Counted from the first letter of the stretch, positions 36,681 to 46,969 are shown. The stretch: DNA of 64,000 bases from an uncultured Acidobacteriaceae bacterium (GCA_964528615.1 CAZGSU010000024.1:10459-74458); one strand, 5' to 3'. Notes: generated from the sequence alone by a model not told the origin. Numbers and translations: made by a program.

Positions 36681-37667
36681 CTATCCTTCCCACACGAACG
36701 CATCGAACACTCGCCGGGTTTCAAATCCGAGGCGCTGGTAGAGGCTCACGGCGCGGGCATTCGCCTCGGTCACGGTGAGGGAGAGCAGCGAGAAATTGCG
36801 CAGGCGAAGATTTCCCGCGGTGGCTGCGATCAGCAATTCGCCGAGCCCGTGCGAACGGTATTCAGGCAGCACGCAGACCTGGGTCACGTGTCCAACGTCG
36901 TGGCGTACACGGGAACACAGGATCAGCCCGACCAGACTGTGCGCCCGCTTGTGCACGGCCACAAATGATCCTTCAGGATCGAACGTGCCGCATCCCGGAA
37001 AACGCACAATGTTGTTCAGAAAACGCAGGGAGCCGCTTAGAGTGCGGTACTGATCGTTGATCTCGGAGTCCACATGGCCACGGTATGCCGTCGTGATTAC
37101 CGCGGCGGCCGGCTGGTAGTCCTGCTCCAGCCAGCGCCGAATTTCAATTTCGGGGTCCGGCTGCGGCGGCGGTTTTACGGCGTCACTCAGGGGCAGCACC
37201 ATGAAGAGCCGGGGATGCCTTTGAAATCCCTGCTCAACAAATGGCCGCGCGACCAGGCCGGCTTCGTGTACCAGCAATTGCGCCTCAACCCGATGAATGC
37301 CGGGTGACTGCTGCAGGGTTTCGATCACATGCAGCAGCAGGCGCGACTCCACTTCGCGAGGATCGGGCAGCCTGCCGCCGTTGGCGACAAAAAGATCTCC
37401 GATTACGCCTTTGCTGCCTTCATAGACAAAAAAGGCGTATCCCACAATTCGTCCGCGTTCGACGGCGGCATAGCCCGGCAGGATCTTGGCATCCACGTAG
37501 CGCAGGATCATTTCTGCGGAGCCGCTGTAATCCCAGGAAAGCACACGCGCCCATTCCCGCACCTCGTCCTCGAGCAACGGACGCAGATCGACGGACGAGA
37601 AATGCCTGAGGTCGAGTATCTCCACCTGGAGGCTCCTGGAGGGTTCCGGCTTGCTAAGCGCGCTCAT
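36681..37667 (-). CDS. GNAT family N-acetyltransferase (tandem GNAT-like halves)
   Basis: Start taken at M31 (MSALSKPE). The C-terminal half has VCVLPEYRSHGLGELL...LYQRLGF. The ORF is open to 37757. Confidence 0.75.
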   Translation of the reverse strand: MSALSKPEPSRSLQVEILDLRHFSSVDLRPLLEDEVREWARVLSWDYSGSAEMILRYVDAKILPGYAAVERGRIVGYAFFVYEGSKGVIGDLFVANGGRLPDPREVESRLLLHVIETLQQSPGIHRVEAQLLVHEAGLVARPFVEQGFQRHPRLFMVLPLSDAVKPPPQPDPEIEIRRWLEQDYQPAAAVITTAYRGHVDSEINDQYRTLSGSLRFLNNIVRFPGCGTFDPEGSFVAVHKRAHSLVGLILCSRVRHDVGHVTQVCVLPEYRSHGLGELLIAATAGNLRLRNFSLLSLTVTEANARAVSLYQRLGFETRRVFDAFVWEG

Positions 37668-37750
37668 GGCGGGCTGCGAACAGCGAGTGTAGTGCTTCAT
37701 CCGGCAGGAGGCAAACGGGGGGATAAGAAGTGGTAACAGCGAGACGGCAG

Positions 37751-37992
37751 TTGGCATTTAGCAATTGGCATCTGGCTTTTCGGAACGCGGCGGGCAAGCT
37801 TGTTTCCCAGACGGGCGAGGACCAGGGTGCGGGATGAGAGAGCAAACCGCAGCGGCTAAAGCCACAACGTACGGCGCAGGTTCCGGCACGACTAACGTCG
37901 TGCCCTTCCCCCAAACGAATCGCCATAGCCAATGCGAAATTCCAAATGCCAAGTGCTAAGTGCCAAGTGCCAAATGCCACATGCTAAGTGCC
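37751..37992. repeat. heptad-repeat inverted-arm element, family G (TTGGCAT / AGTGCCA) with ~145-nt interior
   Basis: Left arm ttggcat ttagcaa ttggcat ctggctt (37751-37780). Right arm aatgcca agtgcta agtgcca agtgcca aatgcca catgcta agtgcc (37927-37992), which overlaps the GT39 stop. Confidence 0.85.
37885..37904. other. perfect 8-bp hairpin inside the family G element
   Basis: ggcacgac taac gtcgtgcc. Confidence 0.7.
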
Positions 37993-39675
37993 GCCATTCC
38001 CTGCCACCCAGTAGTAATCAAGGCCCTGTGGCGCAAAACTTCCCAGATATGTGACGCGCCGGGATGTTGTCCACTTTGCCAGCTTCTCGCGCTGTCCCTC
38101 GCGCGCGATCAATAGATGTTCGCCGTTCGGGATTTGTCCCAGTTCGTAACGCACGATGCTCTGATTGCGATAGAACTGCAACCCATACTCGGTCTCTCGT
38201 GAAAGCTGCAGAATCGCCAGGGGCAGAGATCTGTTATCCACCCGGCTGACTTCCTGGGACAGAGGACGAGCGGAAAGCGTGGCATCGAGCGCGGGAGCGC
38301 CCAGACGCAGCACCGCGGCTACGGCCAACACTACCGGCACTAGGGTCACGAAGCGCAACACTCGAAGGCCAAGCTGGCCGCGCAAGGTCAGCGCTATACC
38401 GACGGCCAGCACCGCCGCAAACACCAACGAGATCGCGGCCGCCCGTCCCCACGGCAGCCTGTGCTGGAACACGATATATTGCATCATCAGGGAAACGACT
38501 ATGGGTAGCGATGCCACGATTGAGTGCAGGAGAATCAGAGGAAGGCCCGGACGATCCTGATCCGCTACATGTCTGCGCACGTATTCCGCCAGCAGAAGTG
38601 TGCCGGCAGGCAGGGCCGGCAGAATATAGCCGGGCAGCTTCGACGCGGAAAATGAAAAGAACCCAAGCGGAACCAGAAACCAAATGACAAGAAATGCAGG
38701 CAAGGCGTCTTCGGAGTGAAACATACTTCTCTTTTCTGTCCACAAGACCTGAAGACTCTCGACCAGTGCGGCGATCACAAACACCGTCCACGGCACAAGC
38801 GCAAGCAGGACGACTGGTACGTAATACCAGAACGGCTGGGCATGGTGATAAAGGTCGCTGCCAAAGCGTTGCAGATTGTGCTCCAGAATAAACACGCGAA
38901 AGAATTCCGGATTATTGAGCTGGACCGCGACATACCAGGGAAGCGCAACCATCACCCACAACGCAATGCCCGGAATCCAAAGCGTCCGCCCGATGAGCCG
39001 ATAGTCGCCTTTGGCGGCGGCGAAAATGGTCACGATGACGGCAGCGAGAAATGGCGCGACCGGCCCCTTGGCGAGAGTGGCCAGCCCGAGGAAGAGATAA
39101 AACAGCGCGAGGTAGCGTTGGTTCTCGCGTTCATACCAGGCATACCATGCCAGCATGGCGATGCTGAACGTGGCCGCGAGCGGCATATCCGTCGACGCGG
39201 CGCGGGCAAATCCGATCACACCGCTGGCCGCGGCCGTCATCAGGGCACCATCGAGCGGAAAGCCGACGAAAGGAAATCCTGAGCGAAAGCGCCGCAGGAA
39301 GAGATAGACGGAAAGCACCATGAGGGTGGCATCCACCGCCGAAAACACGCGCGCCGCCCAATCGCTGACGCCGAAGACGCTGTAGGCGAGCATGGTTTGC
39401 CAGTAATACAGCGCCGGCTTCTCCAGCCAGGGTTTACCACCAAGGGTAGGAGTAACCCAGTCATGCCGGGCGAGCATTTCCCGCGCCACCTGCGCGTAAC
39501 GCGGCTCGTCCGCTCCAACCAAACCAAAATATGAGAGCCCGAAGAAAAACAGAAAACCGCAGAAGCCGGCCAGGAGCAGCCATTCAGAGCTGATTCTCGT
39601 ACCAACCGGATTTGCGGCGGTGGAACCCGGGCCAGCAGGATTCGGTTTCGATGGCGAGTTTGATGAAGACGGCAC
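37984..39675 (-). CDS. glycosyltransferase family 39 (ArnT/PMT-like) membrane protein
   Basis: GADEPRYAQVAREML loop motif and many TM helices. GTG 39675 has an upstream AGGAAA. The ORF is open to 39804, which would overlap nrnA by 110 nt. Confidence 0.8.
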   Translation of the reverse strand: MPSSSNSPSKPNPAGPGSTAANPVGTRISSEWLLLAGFCGFLFFFGLSYFGLVGADEPRYAQVAREMLARHDWVTPTLGGKPWLEKPALYYWQTMLAYSVFGVSDWAARVFSAVDATLMVLSVYLFLRRFRSGFPFVGFPLDGALMTAAASGVIGFARAASTDMPLAATFSIAMLAWYAWYERENQRYLALFYLFLGLATLAKGPVAPFLAAVIVTIFAAAKGDYRLIGRTLWIPGIALWVMVALPWYVAVQLNNPEFFRVFILEHNLQRFGSDLYHHAQPFWYYVPVVLLALVPWTVFVIAALVESLQVLWTEKRSMFHSEDALPAFLVIWFLVPLGFFSFSASKLPGYILPALPAGTLLLAEYVRRHVADQDRPGLPLILLHSIVASLPIVVSLMMQYIVFQHRLPWGRAAAISLVFAAVLAVGIALTLRGQLGLRVLRFVTLVPVVLAVAAVLRLGAPALDATLSARPLSQEVSRVDNRSLPLAILQLSRETEYGLQFYRNQSIVRYELGQIPNGEHLLIAREGQREKLAKWTTSRRVTYLGSFAPQGLDYYWVAGNGGT

Positions 39676-39694
39676 GAGTCGGTTTCCTGGAGAC

Positions 39695-40654
39695 CTATTG
39701 CAGGGAGGAGCCAAGGCGCAATTCCGCCAGAATCCGTTCAGTCGCGACCGACAAGGGTCCATCAAGCGCGCACCCGCTGGCGCATTGATGTCCGCCGCCG
39801 CCAAAATGCTCAGCCACCGCTGCTACGTCCACTTTCCCTTTGCTGCGCAAACTTACGCGAAACCGTCCATCAGGAAGTTGGCGGAAGAATAATGCCACCT
39901 CAACACCTTGCATGGAAAGCGCGTAGTTCACCAGGCCCTCGCAATCTTCTTCCTTCGCGTCGCAGCCTAGCATCTGCTCCTGGGACACCGAGATCCAGGC
40001 CAGGGGTCCTTCCCGGTGAAGGTTGGAAAGGGCCGCTCCCAACAGGCGCATCTTGGCTGTGGAGTGCCCAAAATAAATGTTGCGTGCGCAATGTGCCGGG
40101 TCCGCGCCGGCCAGCACCAGTTCACGCGCCAGCGCGAAGGTATGTTCGTTCGTCCCTTCAAACATGAAGGCACCGGTGTCGGTGAGAACCGCGGTGTACA
40201 GGCAGGTGGCGATCTCGGGGGAAATCTTCAGCCCGGCCTCTCGCCCCAGGCGGTAGACCATTTCCGCCGTGGCCACAGCGTGAGGATCAATCCAGTTGAC
40301 GTGTGCGAAAGGCTTGCCGCTGACATGGTGATCAATGCTGATCAGGAAGCGGTCTTCAAGTCCTTGAAGGCGGGTGCGCTGGATACTGTCGCATTCCAAT
40401 ATGATCGCGGCGTCGTAGTCGCCATTCACGCGTTCCGCCTGAACCACGGTTTCAGCAAAAGGCAGGGGCTGATAAATCCGGGGCACACCATCGTGGAGAA
40501 CGACATCCGCTTCTTTACCCATCAAGCGCAGGATCTGACGACAAGCCAGGGCCGAACCGATCGCGTCCCCGTCCGGTCGCGCGTGCGAGGTCAGCAGGAA
40601 GCGGTTGCGCTGTTCGATATGTTTGAGAACCTCGGTCAACATATCAGTCGTCAC
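39695..40654 (-). CDS. nrnA: DHH/DHHA1 phosphoesterase, NrnA-like oligoribonuclease/pAp phosphatase
   Basis: HARPDGDAIGS, ISIDHH and FGGGGHQCASG. The GTG start lies inside a heptad array; ATG at 40642 is an alternative. Confidence 0.88.
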   Translation of the reverse strand: MTTDMLTEVLKHIEQRNRFLLTSHARPDGDAIGSALACRQILRLMGKEADVVLHDGVPRIYQPLPFAETVVQAERVNGDYDAAIILECDSIQRTRLQGLEDRFLISIDHHVSGKPFAHVNWIDPHAVATAEMVYRLGREAGLKISPEIATCLYTAVLTDTGAFMFEGTNEHTFALARELVLAGADPAHCARNIYFGHSTAKMRLLGAALSNLHREGPLAWISVSQEQMLGCDAKEEDCEGLVNYALSMQGVEVALFFRQLPDGRFRVSLRSKGKVDVAAVAEHFGGGGHQCASGCALDGPLSVATERILAELRLGSSLQ

Positions 40655-40794
40655 TTCAGTCGTCAGTCTTCAGTCTTCAGTCTTCAGTCGTCAGTCGTTC
40701 GCCAGGTGCATATGGACCATCAGTTGTCAGTCATCGGTTGCCAGTTCTCAGTTTCCGGCCTTGCTTGACGACTGAAGACTGACGACTAAAGACT
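40645..40794. repeat. heptad-repeat element, family B: two direct blocks plus one inverted block
   Basis: 40645-40700 cagtcgtcacttcagtcgtcagtcttcagtcttcagtcttcagtcgtcagtcgttc. 40721-40758 cagttgtcagtcatcggttgccagttctcagtttccgg. Inverted block 40767-40794 gacgactgaagactgacgactaaagact. Confidence 0.9.
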
Positions 40795-41155
40795 ATCTCT
40801 TCTTTTTCCTTGTCCGGCCTAGTAACTCGTCGATTCTGGCACCGTACTTGTCGGAGCGGTCCAAGTGGAAATAGAGTTCGGGCGGACGACGGAGGTGCAA
40901 GTTTTCCGCCACCTCGCGACGGATATATCCGACCGCCGCCGTGAGGCCCTCCAGCGATCGCGCAGCTTCTTCGTCATCCCCATCAAGCGACACGAAGACT
41001 TGCGCCGAGCGCGAATCCTCCGCTAGCACCACACTGGTGACGCTGACCAGGCCGATGCGTGGGTCGCCCAGCTCGCCTTCCACGATCGTTTCAATCTCTT
41101 CCCGCAAGGCCTCTCCCAGGCGCTCCCGATGATATTTCGCGCCACGCTTCTCCAC
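40793..41155 (-). CDS. rbfA: ribosome-binding factor A
   Basis: RLGEALREEIETIVEGELGDPRIGLVSVTSVVLAEDSRSAQVFVSL. GTG 41155 has AAGAGG 5 nt upstream. The ORF is open to 41224. Confidence 0.88.
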   Translation of the reverse strand: MEKRGAKYHRERLGEALREEIETIVEGELGDPRIGLVSVTSVVLAEDSRSAQVFVSLDGDDEEAARSLEGLTAAVGYIRREVAENLHLRRPPELYFHLDRSDKYGARIDELLGRTRKKKR

Positions 41156-41277
41156 AGGCACCTCTTGAGTAAAACGGATGAGAATATCAGAAAAACCGGG
41201 TCGTGGTCTCGTAATGGCGGGCACTTTCGGGTGCCTGCGGAAGTGTAGACGCGAGAACCAATTACGATCAGGGACGG

Positions 41278-41565
41278 TCAGAGATATTCGAGAAAGGAAT
41301 CGGCAATATCAGCGCCGCCGTTGTTGGCGATGCTTGTCGCCTTGCGTTCCACATTTTTCATGAGTCCGTCGAGATAGTCGCGTGAATCCGAAATACCGAC
41401 CACGCCAATCGTCGCCCGGTTCCACAAGCCGCTGGGATCGAGCTCCGCCACGGCCACGTTGAAGTGGGCGCGCAGCCTGTCTTTCAGGCTGCGTACCACC
41501 TGCCGCTTGTCTTTGAGGGACTGCGCCGCTTCGATGTGCAGTTCGAGGGTGAGAAAAGCGATCAA
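41278..41565 (-). CDS. DUF503 family protein
   Basis: IAFLTLELHIEAAQSLKDKRQVVRSLKDRL. A TTG start at 41565 fits the family length. Lies between infB and rbfA. Confidence 0.8.
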   Translation of the reverse strand: MIAFLTLELHIEAAQSLKDKRQVVRSLKDRLRAHFNVAVAELDPSGLWNRATIGVVGISDSRDYLDGLMKNVERKATSIANNGGADIADSFLEYL

Positions 41566-41569
41566 GGAG

Positions 41570-41660
41570 GTCGTTGATCCTTGGTCGTTGGCCTTTGGCA
41601 ATAGCCAAATAAGAACTTCGGCATGTGCAGGTTTCGAGCCAACGGCCAACGACGAACGAC
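41570..41660. repeat. heptad-repeat inverted-arm element, family D (GYCKTTG)
   Basis: Left arm gtcgttgatccttggtcgttggcctttggc, right arm gccaacggccaacgacgaacgac. Lies in the infB-DUF503 spacer. Confidence 0.85.
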
Positions 41661-41665
41661 TGCTC

Positions 41666-44590
41666 TTAAGCCATGGCTTCGGCCGCGACCTTTTCGGTCA
41701 CGAAGGCTTCGATCACGTCGCCCACCTTGATGTCGCCGTAGTTCGAGATCGAGATGCCGCACTCCATGCCGTTGCGCACCTCACTGGCGTCGTCTTTGAA
41801 GCGGCGGAGTGATCCGACCTTGCCCGTGAACACGACGTTATTGTCGCGCAGCAGGCGCACTTCGGAGTCGCGCTTGATGAAGCCGTCGGTCACAGAGCAT
41901 CCCGCAATCGTGCCCACCTTCGGGATGCGGAAAGTCTCCTTCACCTGGGCCCGGCCCTGGTAGGTTTCCTTGATCGTGGGCTCCAGCAGACCGGTCATGG
42001 CGCGTTTGATCTCGTCCTGCAACTCATAAATGATCGAGTGCAGCCGGATGTCGACCTTCTCCTGCTCCGCCAGTTCCTGCGCCTTGCGCTCCGGACGCAC
42101 GCTGAAGCCAATGATGATGGCGTTCGAGGCCGAAGCCAGCAGCACGTCGGACTCGGTGATGGCGCCCACGCCAGAACGCAGAACTTTCAGCCGCACTTTG
42201 TCGTTCGACAGCTTCGAGAGCAAGTCACTCAGCACTTCCACCGATCCACCCACATCGGCTTTCAGGATGATGTTCAGTTCCTTGGTGCCCGCCGTTTTCA
42301 GCTGTTCGGCCAGGCCTTCCAGAGATACGCGAGAACTCTTTGCCAGTGTCGCCTCGCGGGCTTTCTGTTCGCGAAATTCAGAAACGCCCCGGGCTTTGTC
42401 ACGGTCCGCCACTACGACGAACTGGTCGCCCGCCTGCGGCAGACCTTCCATACCCAGAATCTCAACTGGTGTGGAAGGCGGAGCAGTCTCGAGCTGCGCG
42501 CCGCGATCGTCAAACATGGCGCGCACTTTGCCGTAGACATTGCCGACCACAAAGTTATCTCCCGCGCGCAAGGTGCCGTTTTGTACCAGCACAGTGGCGA
42601 CGGGTCCGCGTCCGCGGTCCAGCTTGGCTTCCAGAACCACGCCGCTGGCGGGACGATCGGGAGTAGCCTTGAGTTCCTGTAGGTCGGCCACCAGGCAGAT
42701 CATTTCCATCAGCAGGTTCAGATTCGTCTTCTGCTTGGCAGAAACATCCACGAACACCGTGGTTCCGCCCCAGTCTTCCGGCACCAGTCCGCGATCAGCC
42801 AGCTGCTTCTTCACCCGGTCGGGCAACGCGTCCGGCTTGTCGATCTTGTTCACCGCGACGATGATGGGCACTTCCGCGGCATGGGCGTGGTCAATCGCTT
42901 CCAGCGTCTGCGGCATGACACCATCGTCTGCGGCCACGACCAGCACTACGATATCGGTGGCTTTGGCTCCACGCGCTCGCATCCGGGTAAACGCTTCGTG
43001 ACCCGGTGTGTCCAGGAACACAATCTGGCGGCCGAATGCCGGAGATTCCTTGTCCTGAATCGTCACCTTGTAAGCGCCGATGTGCTGCGTGATGCCGCCA
43101 GCCTCGCCTCCAGCAACGTTGGTCAGCCGGATGGAATCGAGCAGCGTAGTCTTGCCGTGATCGACGTGGCCCATGATGGTGACCACGGGCGGACGCGGCA
43201 CGCCTTCAGTCGGAGTGCCTTCCTCGCCTGCGGCGGCCTCGGAAACTTCCTTGGCAGCCTGTTCTTCGAAGGTGATCACATTCGTATCGGCTCCGAAGAA
43301 GCGCGCCATCTCGCTGGCCAGTTCGGTATCCAGCGTCTGGTTGATAGTGGCGAACACACCGCGGGCCAGCAGGCGAGCAATCAGATCTTTGGCGCGGATT
43401 CCCAGCTTTTCCGCCAGGTCTTTAACGCTGATGCCTTCTGTGATGGTGATGCTGCGCGTGATCGGCTGCGGCTCGTTTGACAGCGACAGCCGCGGCGGCG
43501 GCGTGTAGCCCTTCATCGGGCCTTCTTTTATTCCACGCGGTACATAGCGCTGTCCCGGCCTGCGGGATGGCGCTCCAGGCCGGCTGCCGGGCCGTGTCGT
43601 CGGCCCCGGAGGCAATGCCCCCGGCCCTACTCCCAGCGGACGCGTCCCGGTCGGAGACTGGCGCGTCGGATGCATCGGCCTGCGCTCGCCCGGACGAAGT
43701 GGCGGCCGGTTTGACGGCGCACCCGGTCGCGGCCGCTGAAAAATCGGTTGTCCCGGAACCGGGCGTCCCGGCGCAGGACGCGCCGTCCCACCTACCGGAG
43801 TTCCTGCAGCACTGGCGGGTGGAGCTGGTCGCAAGGGCGCCTTATATACCGGACGCGGTCCAGTCTGCGGCACGATCATCCTCGGTGGCGGAGCTTGCGG
43901 CGGTGCCGACGCGAGGGGTGCAGCCGGTCGGGCAACCATGGCCGGGGCGGGCGGTTGCGACGGAGGGGGCCGCAGAGATGTCGCTGCCGCAGCTGCGGGA
44001 GTCACGCTCGCGGTTGGCGCCGCGGGTGCAACCGCGGCCGGTCGCGGGGCCACAGGAGCCGACGAAGCCGCTGGCGGTCCCGGAGGCGCAGGCGCCGGTG
44101 GAACCGGTGGCGGCGCTGTAAAGGTTGGCCTCGGCGTCGAAGTCGGAACCACGAACTTCGGTGGCGCTGCCGGCGCGGGAGGACTGGGCGGCTTCGGAAG
44201 CGGAGCTCTGACGGCTGGCGGCGCGGCGGCGAAAGCTGGCTTGGTTTCTACCGGCGCGGGTGCAGCGGCCGGCGGAGCAGCCGCAGCAACGGGAGTCTGT
44301 TGCTTGCCGATAATGGCTTTTAGAGCGTCGCCGGGCTTGGAAATATGCGAGAGATCGATCTTGGTCTTGATTTCATCGGCGTCAGCGCGCCCCGGTCGCG
44401 AGGTCCGGCTGGAAGTCTGCGCCTGGCTGGCGGCGCGGAATTGTGCGCGCACTTTTTCCGCTTCATGGTCTTCGAGAGAACTGGAATGGCTCTTCTTCTC
44501 GGTGACTCCAATCTCGGGAAGTACATCGAGAATCGATTTGCTTTTGACTTCCAGCTCCCTTGCCAGATCGTTGATTCGAATCTTGCTCAT
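41666..44590 (-). CDS. infB: translation initiation factor IF-2
   Basis: [13 protein letters not shown]-domain, a long Pro/Ala-rich N-terminal region, and the operon context. Confidence 0.97.
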   Translation of the reverse strand: MSKIRINDLARELEVKSKSILDVLPEIGVTEKKSHSSSLEDHEAEKVRAQFRAASQAQTSSRTSRPGRADADEIKTKIDLSHISKPGDALKAIIGKQQTPVAAAAPPAAAPAPVETKPAFAAAPPAVRAPLPKPPSPPAPAAPPKFVVPTSTPRPTFTAPPPVPPAPAPPGPPAASSAPVAPRPAAVAPAAPTASVTPAAAAATSLRPPPSQPPAPAMVARPAAPLASAPPQAPPPRMIVPQTGPRPVYKAPLRPAPPASAAGTPVGGTARPAPGRPVPGQPIFQRPRPGAPSNRPPLRPGERRPMHPTRQSPTGTRPLGVGPGALPPGPTTRPGSRPGAPSRRPGQRYVPRGIKEGPMKGYTPPPRLSLSNEPQPITRSITITEGISVKDLAEKLGIRAKDLIARLLARGVFATINQTLDTELASEMARFFGADTNVITFEEQAAKEVSEAAAGEEGTPTEGVPRPPVVTIMGHVDHGKTTLLDSIRLTNVAGGEAGGITQHIGAYKVTIQDKESPAFGRQIVFLDTPGHEAFTRMRARGAKATDIVVLVVAADDGVMPQTLEAIDHAHAAEVPIIVAVNKIDKPDALPDRVKKQLADRGLVPEDWGGTTVFVDVSAKQKTNLNLLMEMICLVADLQELKATPDRPASGVVLEAKLDRGRGPVATVLVQNGTLRAGDNFVVGNVYGKVRAMFDDRGAQLETAPPSTPVEILGMEGLPQAGDQFVVVADRDKARGVSEFREQKAREATLAKSSRVSLEGLAEQLKTAGTKELNIILKADVGGSVEVLSDLLSKLSNDKVRLKVLRSGVGAITESDVLLASASNAIIIGFSVRPERKAQELAEQEKVDIRLHSIIYELQDEIKRAMTGLLEPTIKETYQGRAQVKETFRIPKVGTIAGCSVTDGFIKRDSEVRLLRDNNVVFTGKVGSLRRFKDDASEVRNGMECGISISNYGDIKVGDVIEAFVTEKVAAEAMA

Positions 44591-44696
44591 CCGCCCTTTC
44601 CGTCCTGCAGACTGTCCGCGCTAAGTCTTCATATCAACCTCACGGCGTCAGCTTTGGGTCCTGCGAGTCGCTCGCGCCAGCGCGAGAGAATTGCAC

Positions 44697-46223
44697 TTAC
44701 TGCTTGTCCTCGGAAGCTGCAGGTTTGTCCGCGGACTCCGCCGGTTCTGCATCGCCGGCAGTTTCCTCGGGTTCGCTGGCTTCGACATCGCCAGCTTCGA
44801 GCATCGCTTCTTCGACAGTTCCTTCAGTTGCTTCTTCGACGGAAACCGTTTCGGCTTCTACACCCGCGGCTGCTTCCTCGACAGCACCCTCTGGAGCCGT
44901 TTCCCCATCAGCGGGCGTGGCGACGGCTTCACCGGTCTCGCCCGATTCCAGGCTGGCAAAATAATTATTGACTGCCAGACTGATTTTTTCCACCGTCTTG
45001 GGGCCAATCCCCTCGATAGCCTCCAGTTGCTCGGGGGTCATGTCCGCGAGGGATTCGACCGTGGTCACACCTGCTGCGCTCAGTTTCTCAATCAGCCCGT
45101 CACCCAGACCAGACACATTCTCCAGCGGGGTTGAGGCGGAACCCACCAGCGCCGACATCTGCTGTTCCACTTCCTGCCGCTTCTCTTCCTCGCTCTTGAT
45201 ATCGATCTTCCAGCCCAGCAGTTTCGCCGCCAGCCGGACATTCTGTCCCTTCTTGCCGATGGCAAGAGAAAGCTGGCTGTCGTCAACCACAACTTCCAGA
45301 TGCTTGTCCGCCGAATCGACCACGGTCACACGGCTTACCTTGGCAGGCTGCAGCGCCTTTTCTGCGAAGGTCACCGCGTCTTCGTGATACTCGATAATGT
45401 CGATCTTCTCGCCACGCAGCTCGCGGATGATGGACTGCACCCGCATGCCTTTCATGCCGACGCAGGCGCCAACCGCGTCCACGTCTTTATCCTTCGACAT
45501 GACTGCAATCTTGGTGCGCTCTCCGGCTTCACGCGCGATGGCGCGGATCACAACCGTTCCGTCATAGATTTCCGGGACTTCGGTCTGGAACAAGTGTTGC
45601 ACCAGTTCCGGCGCAGCCCGCGAAACCACGACCGCCGGCCCTTTTGAGGCCCGCTCCACCCGCGCAATGACCGCCCGGACGCGCTCGCCCATGGCGAACG
45701 ATTCCAGCCGCGACTGCTCTTTACGCGGCATGCGCGCTTCCGCTTTGCCGATGTCGAAGATCACATCCGGACCCTCGATCCGCTTCACGGTGGCGTTGAC
45801 GATCTCGCCGACGCGGCCGATGTACTCGTTGTACACAGTGTCGCGTTCCGCTTCCCGCACTTTCTGGAAGATCACCTGTTTCGCGAGCTGTGCCGCAATG
45901 CGTCCGAGGATTCCTTCGGTCTGCTTGTTGATCTGAAGCTCGCCACCAAGCTCGACATTGGGATTGATCTTGCGGGCATCATCCAGCGTGACCTGAAGCG
46001 AAGGGTCTTCCACCTGTTCCGGAGTCTCCACAATGGTCTTGACCGCAAAGGCGCGGATCTTGCCGGTCTCTTTGTCCAGTTCGGCGCGCAGGTTTTCCTG
46101 CGTCTTGTAATACTTGCGCGTCGCGACCACGATGGCATCTTCTACCGCGCTCACCACAATTTGCGGATCAATGCCTTTTTCCCGGCTCAACGCGTCGATC
46201 GTGTTATACAGCTCACTTGCCAT
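44697..46223 (-). CDS. nusA: transcription termination/antitermination factor NusA
   Basis: N-terminal, S1 and KH domain order (GRIAAQLAKQVIFQKVREAERD, GACVGMKGMRVQ, AIGKKGQNVRLA). HhH region and acidic tail. Confidence 0.96.
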   Translation of the reverse strand: MASELYNTIDALSREKGIDPQIVVSAVEDAIVVATRKYYKTQENLRAELDKETGKIRAFAVKTIVETPEQVEDPSLQVTLDDARKINPNVELGGELQINKQTEGILGRIAAQLAKQVIFQKVREAERDTVYNEYIGRVGEIVNATVKRIEGPDVIFDIGKAEARMPRKEQSRLESFAMGERVRAVIARVERASKGPAVVVSRAAPELVQHLFQTEVPEIYDGTVVIRAIAREAGERTKIAVMSKDKDVDAVGACVGMKGMRVQSIIRELRGEKIDIIEYHEDAVTFAEKALQPAKVSRVTVVDSADKHLEVVVDDSQLSLAIGKKGQNVRLAAKLLGWKIDIKSEEEKRQEVEQQMSALVGSASTPLENVSGLGDGLIEKLSAAGVTTVESLADMTPEQLEAIEGIGPKTVEKISLAVNNYFASLESGETGEAVATPADGETAPEGAVEEAAAGVEAETVSVEEATEGTVEEAMLEAGDVEASEPEETAGDAEPAESADKPAASEDKQ

Positions 46224-46255
46224 AGATAATTCCAGTCAACACAAACGGGAACTCT

Positions 46256-46352
46256 GCAATTGAGTGATTTTGAAATCGGGTAATTTTGTAATTTGAAACC
46301 CACCCGAGAAACCAGGGTTTGAAAATTACAAAATTACTCAATTTCCCAATGC
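46256..46352. repeat. heptad-repeat inverted-arm element, family F (AT-rich, GTAATTK)
   Basis: gggtaattttgtaatttgaaaccc (left) against gggtttgaaaattacaaaattactc (right), with loop acccgagaaacca. Lies in the nusA-rimP spacer. Confidence 0.9.
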
Positions 46353-46354
46353 TT

Positions 46355-46849
46355 CTAAATCTCCGGCACCAGGTTGGCCTTCTCTACATTGGCCAGCGCA
46401 ATTTCCAATTTCTCGGCAGTGCCCGGCTCCGGACGCCGTTTCTTTTTGACCGCGCTCAGATCCAGCGTCAAATGCCCGTGGTGAAAGCCTTCCAGCCGCC
46501 CCTCGAAATGGCGGTTTCCGTTCACCGGCTGCAGCGTCGTCAGCTTCACGCGACTTCCCGCGAAGCGTTCATAATCGGCCGGACGAGTTAATTTTCGATC
46601 CAGCCCTGGAGAAGAAACCTCCAGCGTGTACGAACCACCCGGAACCGCGTCCTCCACGTCGAGGATGGTGCCGACTTCCCGGCTCAGATTCGCGCAGTCC
46701 TCGTGCGTAACCCCGGCGGGCTTGTCGATGACGATGCGCAGCATGCGCGCCTTACCTCCGCCGCGCAACTCCACTTCCACGACCTCCAGTCCACTGGAAG
46801 CCGCAACTCGCTCCGCGATCTCGCGCACTTTGTCAATCTCAAGTGCCAT
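46355..46849 (-). CDS. rimP: ribosome maturation factor RimP
   Basis: VVEVELRGGGKARMLRIVIDKP...YTLEVSSPGLDRKL. Confidence 0.93.
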   Translation of the reverse strand: MALEIDKVREIAERVAASSGLEVVEVELRGGGKARMLRIVIDKPAGVTHEDCANLSREVGTILDVEDAVPGGSYTLEVSSPGLDRKLTRPADYERFAGSRVKLTTLQPVNGNRHFEGRLEGFHHGHLTLDLSAVKKKRRPEPGTAEKLEIALANVEKANLVPEI

Positions 46850-46900
46850 GAAACCAATAGCTTACAGCCGATTTCGCCGTCCCAAAACGGGCCGAAACTA

Positions 46901-46921
46901 AAAAGTGGGCTTGCGCCCACT
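46901..46921 (-). terminator. intrinsic terminator/attenuator about 50 nt upstream of rimP
   Basis: Minus strand reads agtgggc gcaa gcccact followed by ttttagttt. This is a 7-bp stem with a GNRA loop and a U tract. Confidence 0.6.
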
Positions 46922-46969
46922 GGTGTGTCTCGCCACGTGCTGGTAACTACACAACAGTTCTCAACGACG

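Noticed and set aside
37758-37959. ORFs 37758-37952 (-) and 37765-37959 (+) in the GT39-GNAT spacer
   Set aside because: Both are bounded by and partly made of family G repeats. They overlap each other on opposite strands and have no protein-like features.
37927-37992. Family G TGGCA(C/T) units as sigma-54 -24 boxes
   Set aside because: No TTGC element lies at the required distance on either strand, and the motif is explained by the 7-nt repeat.
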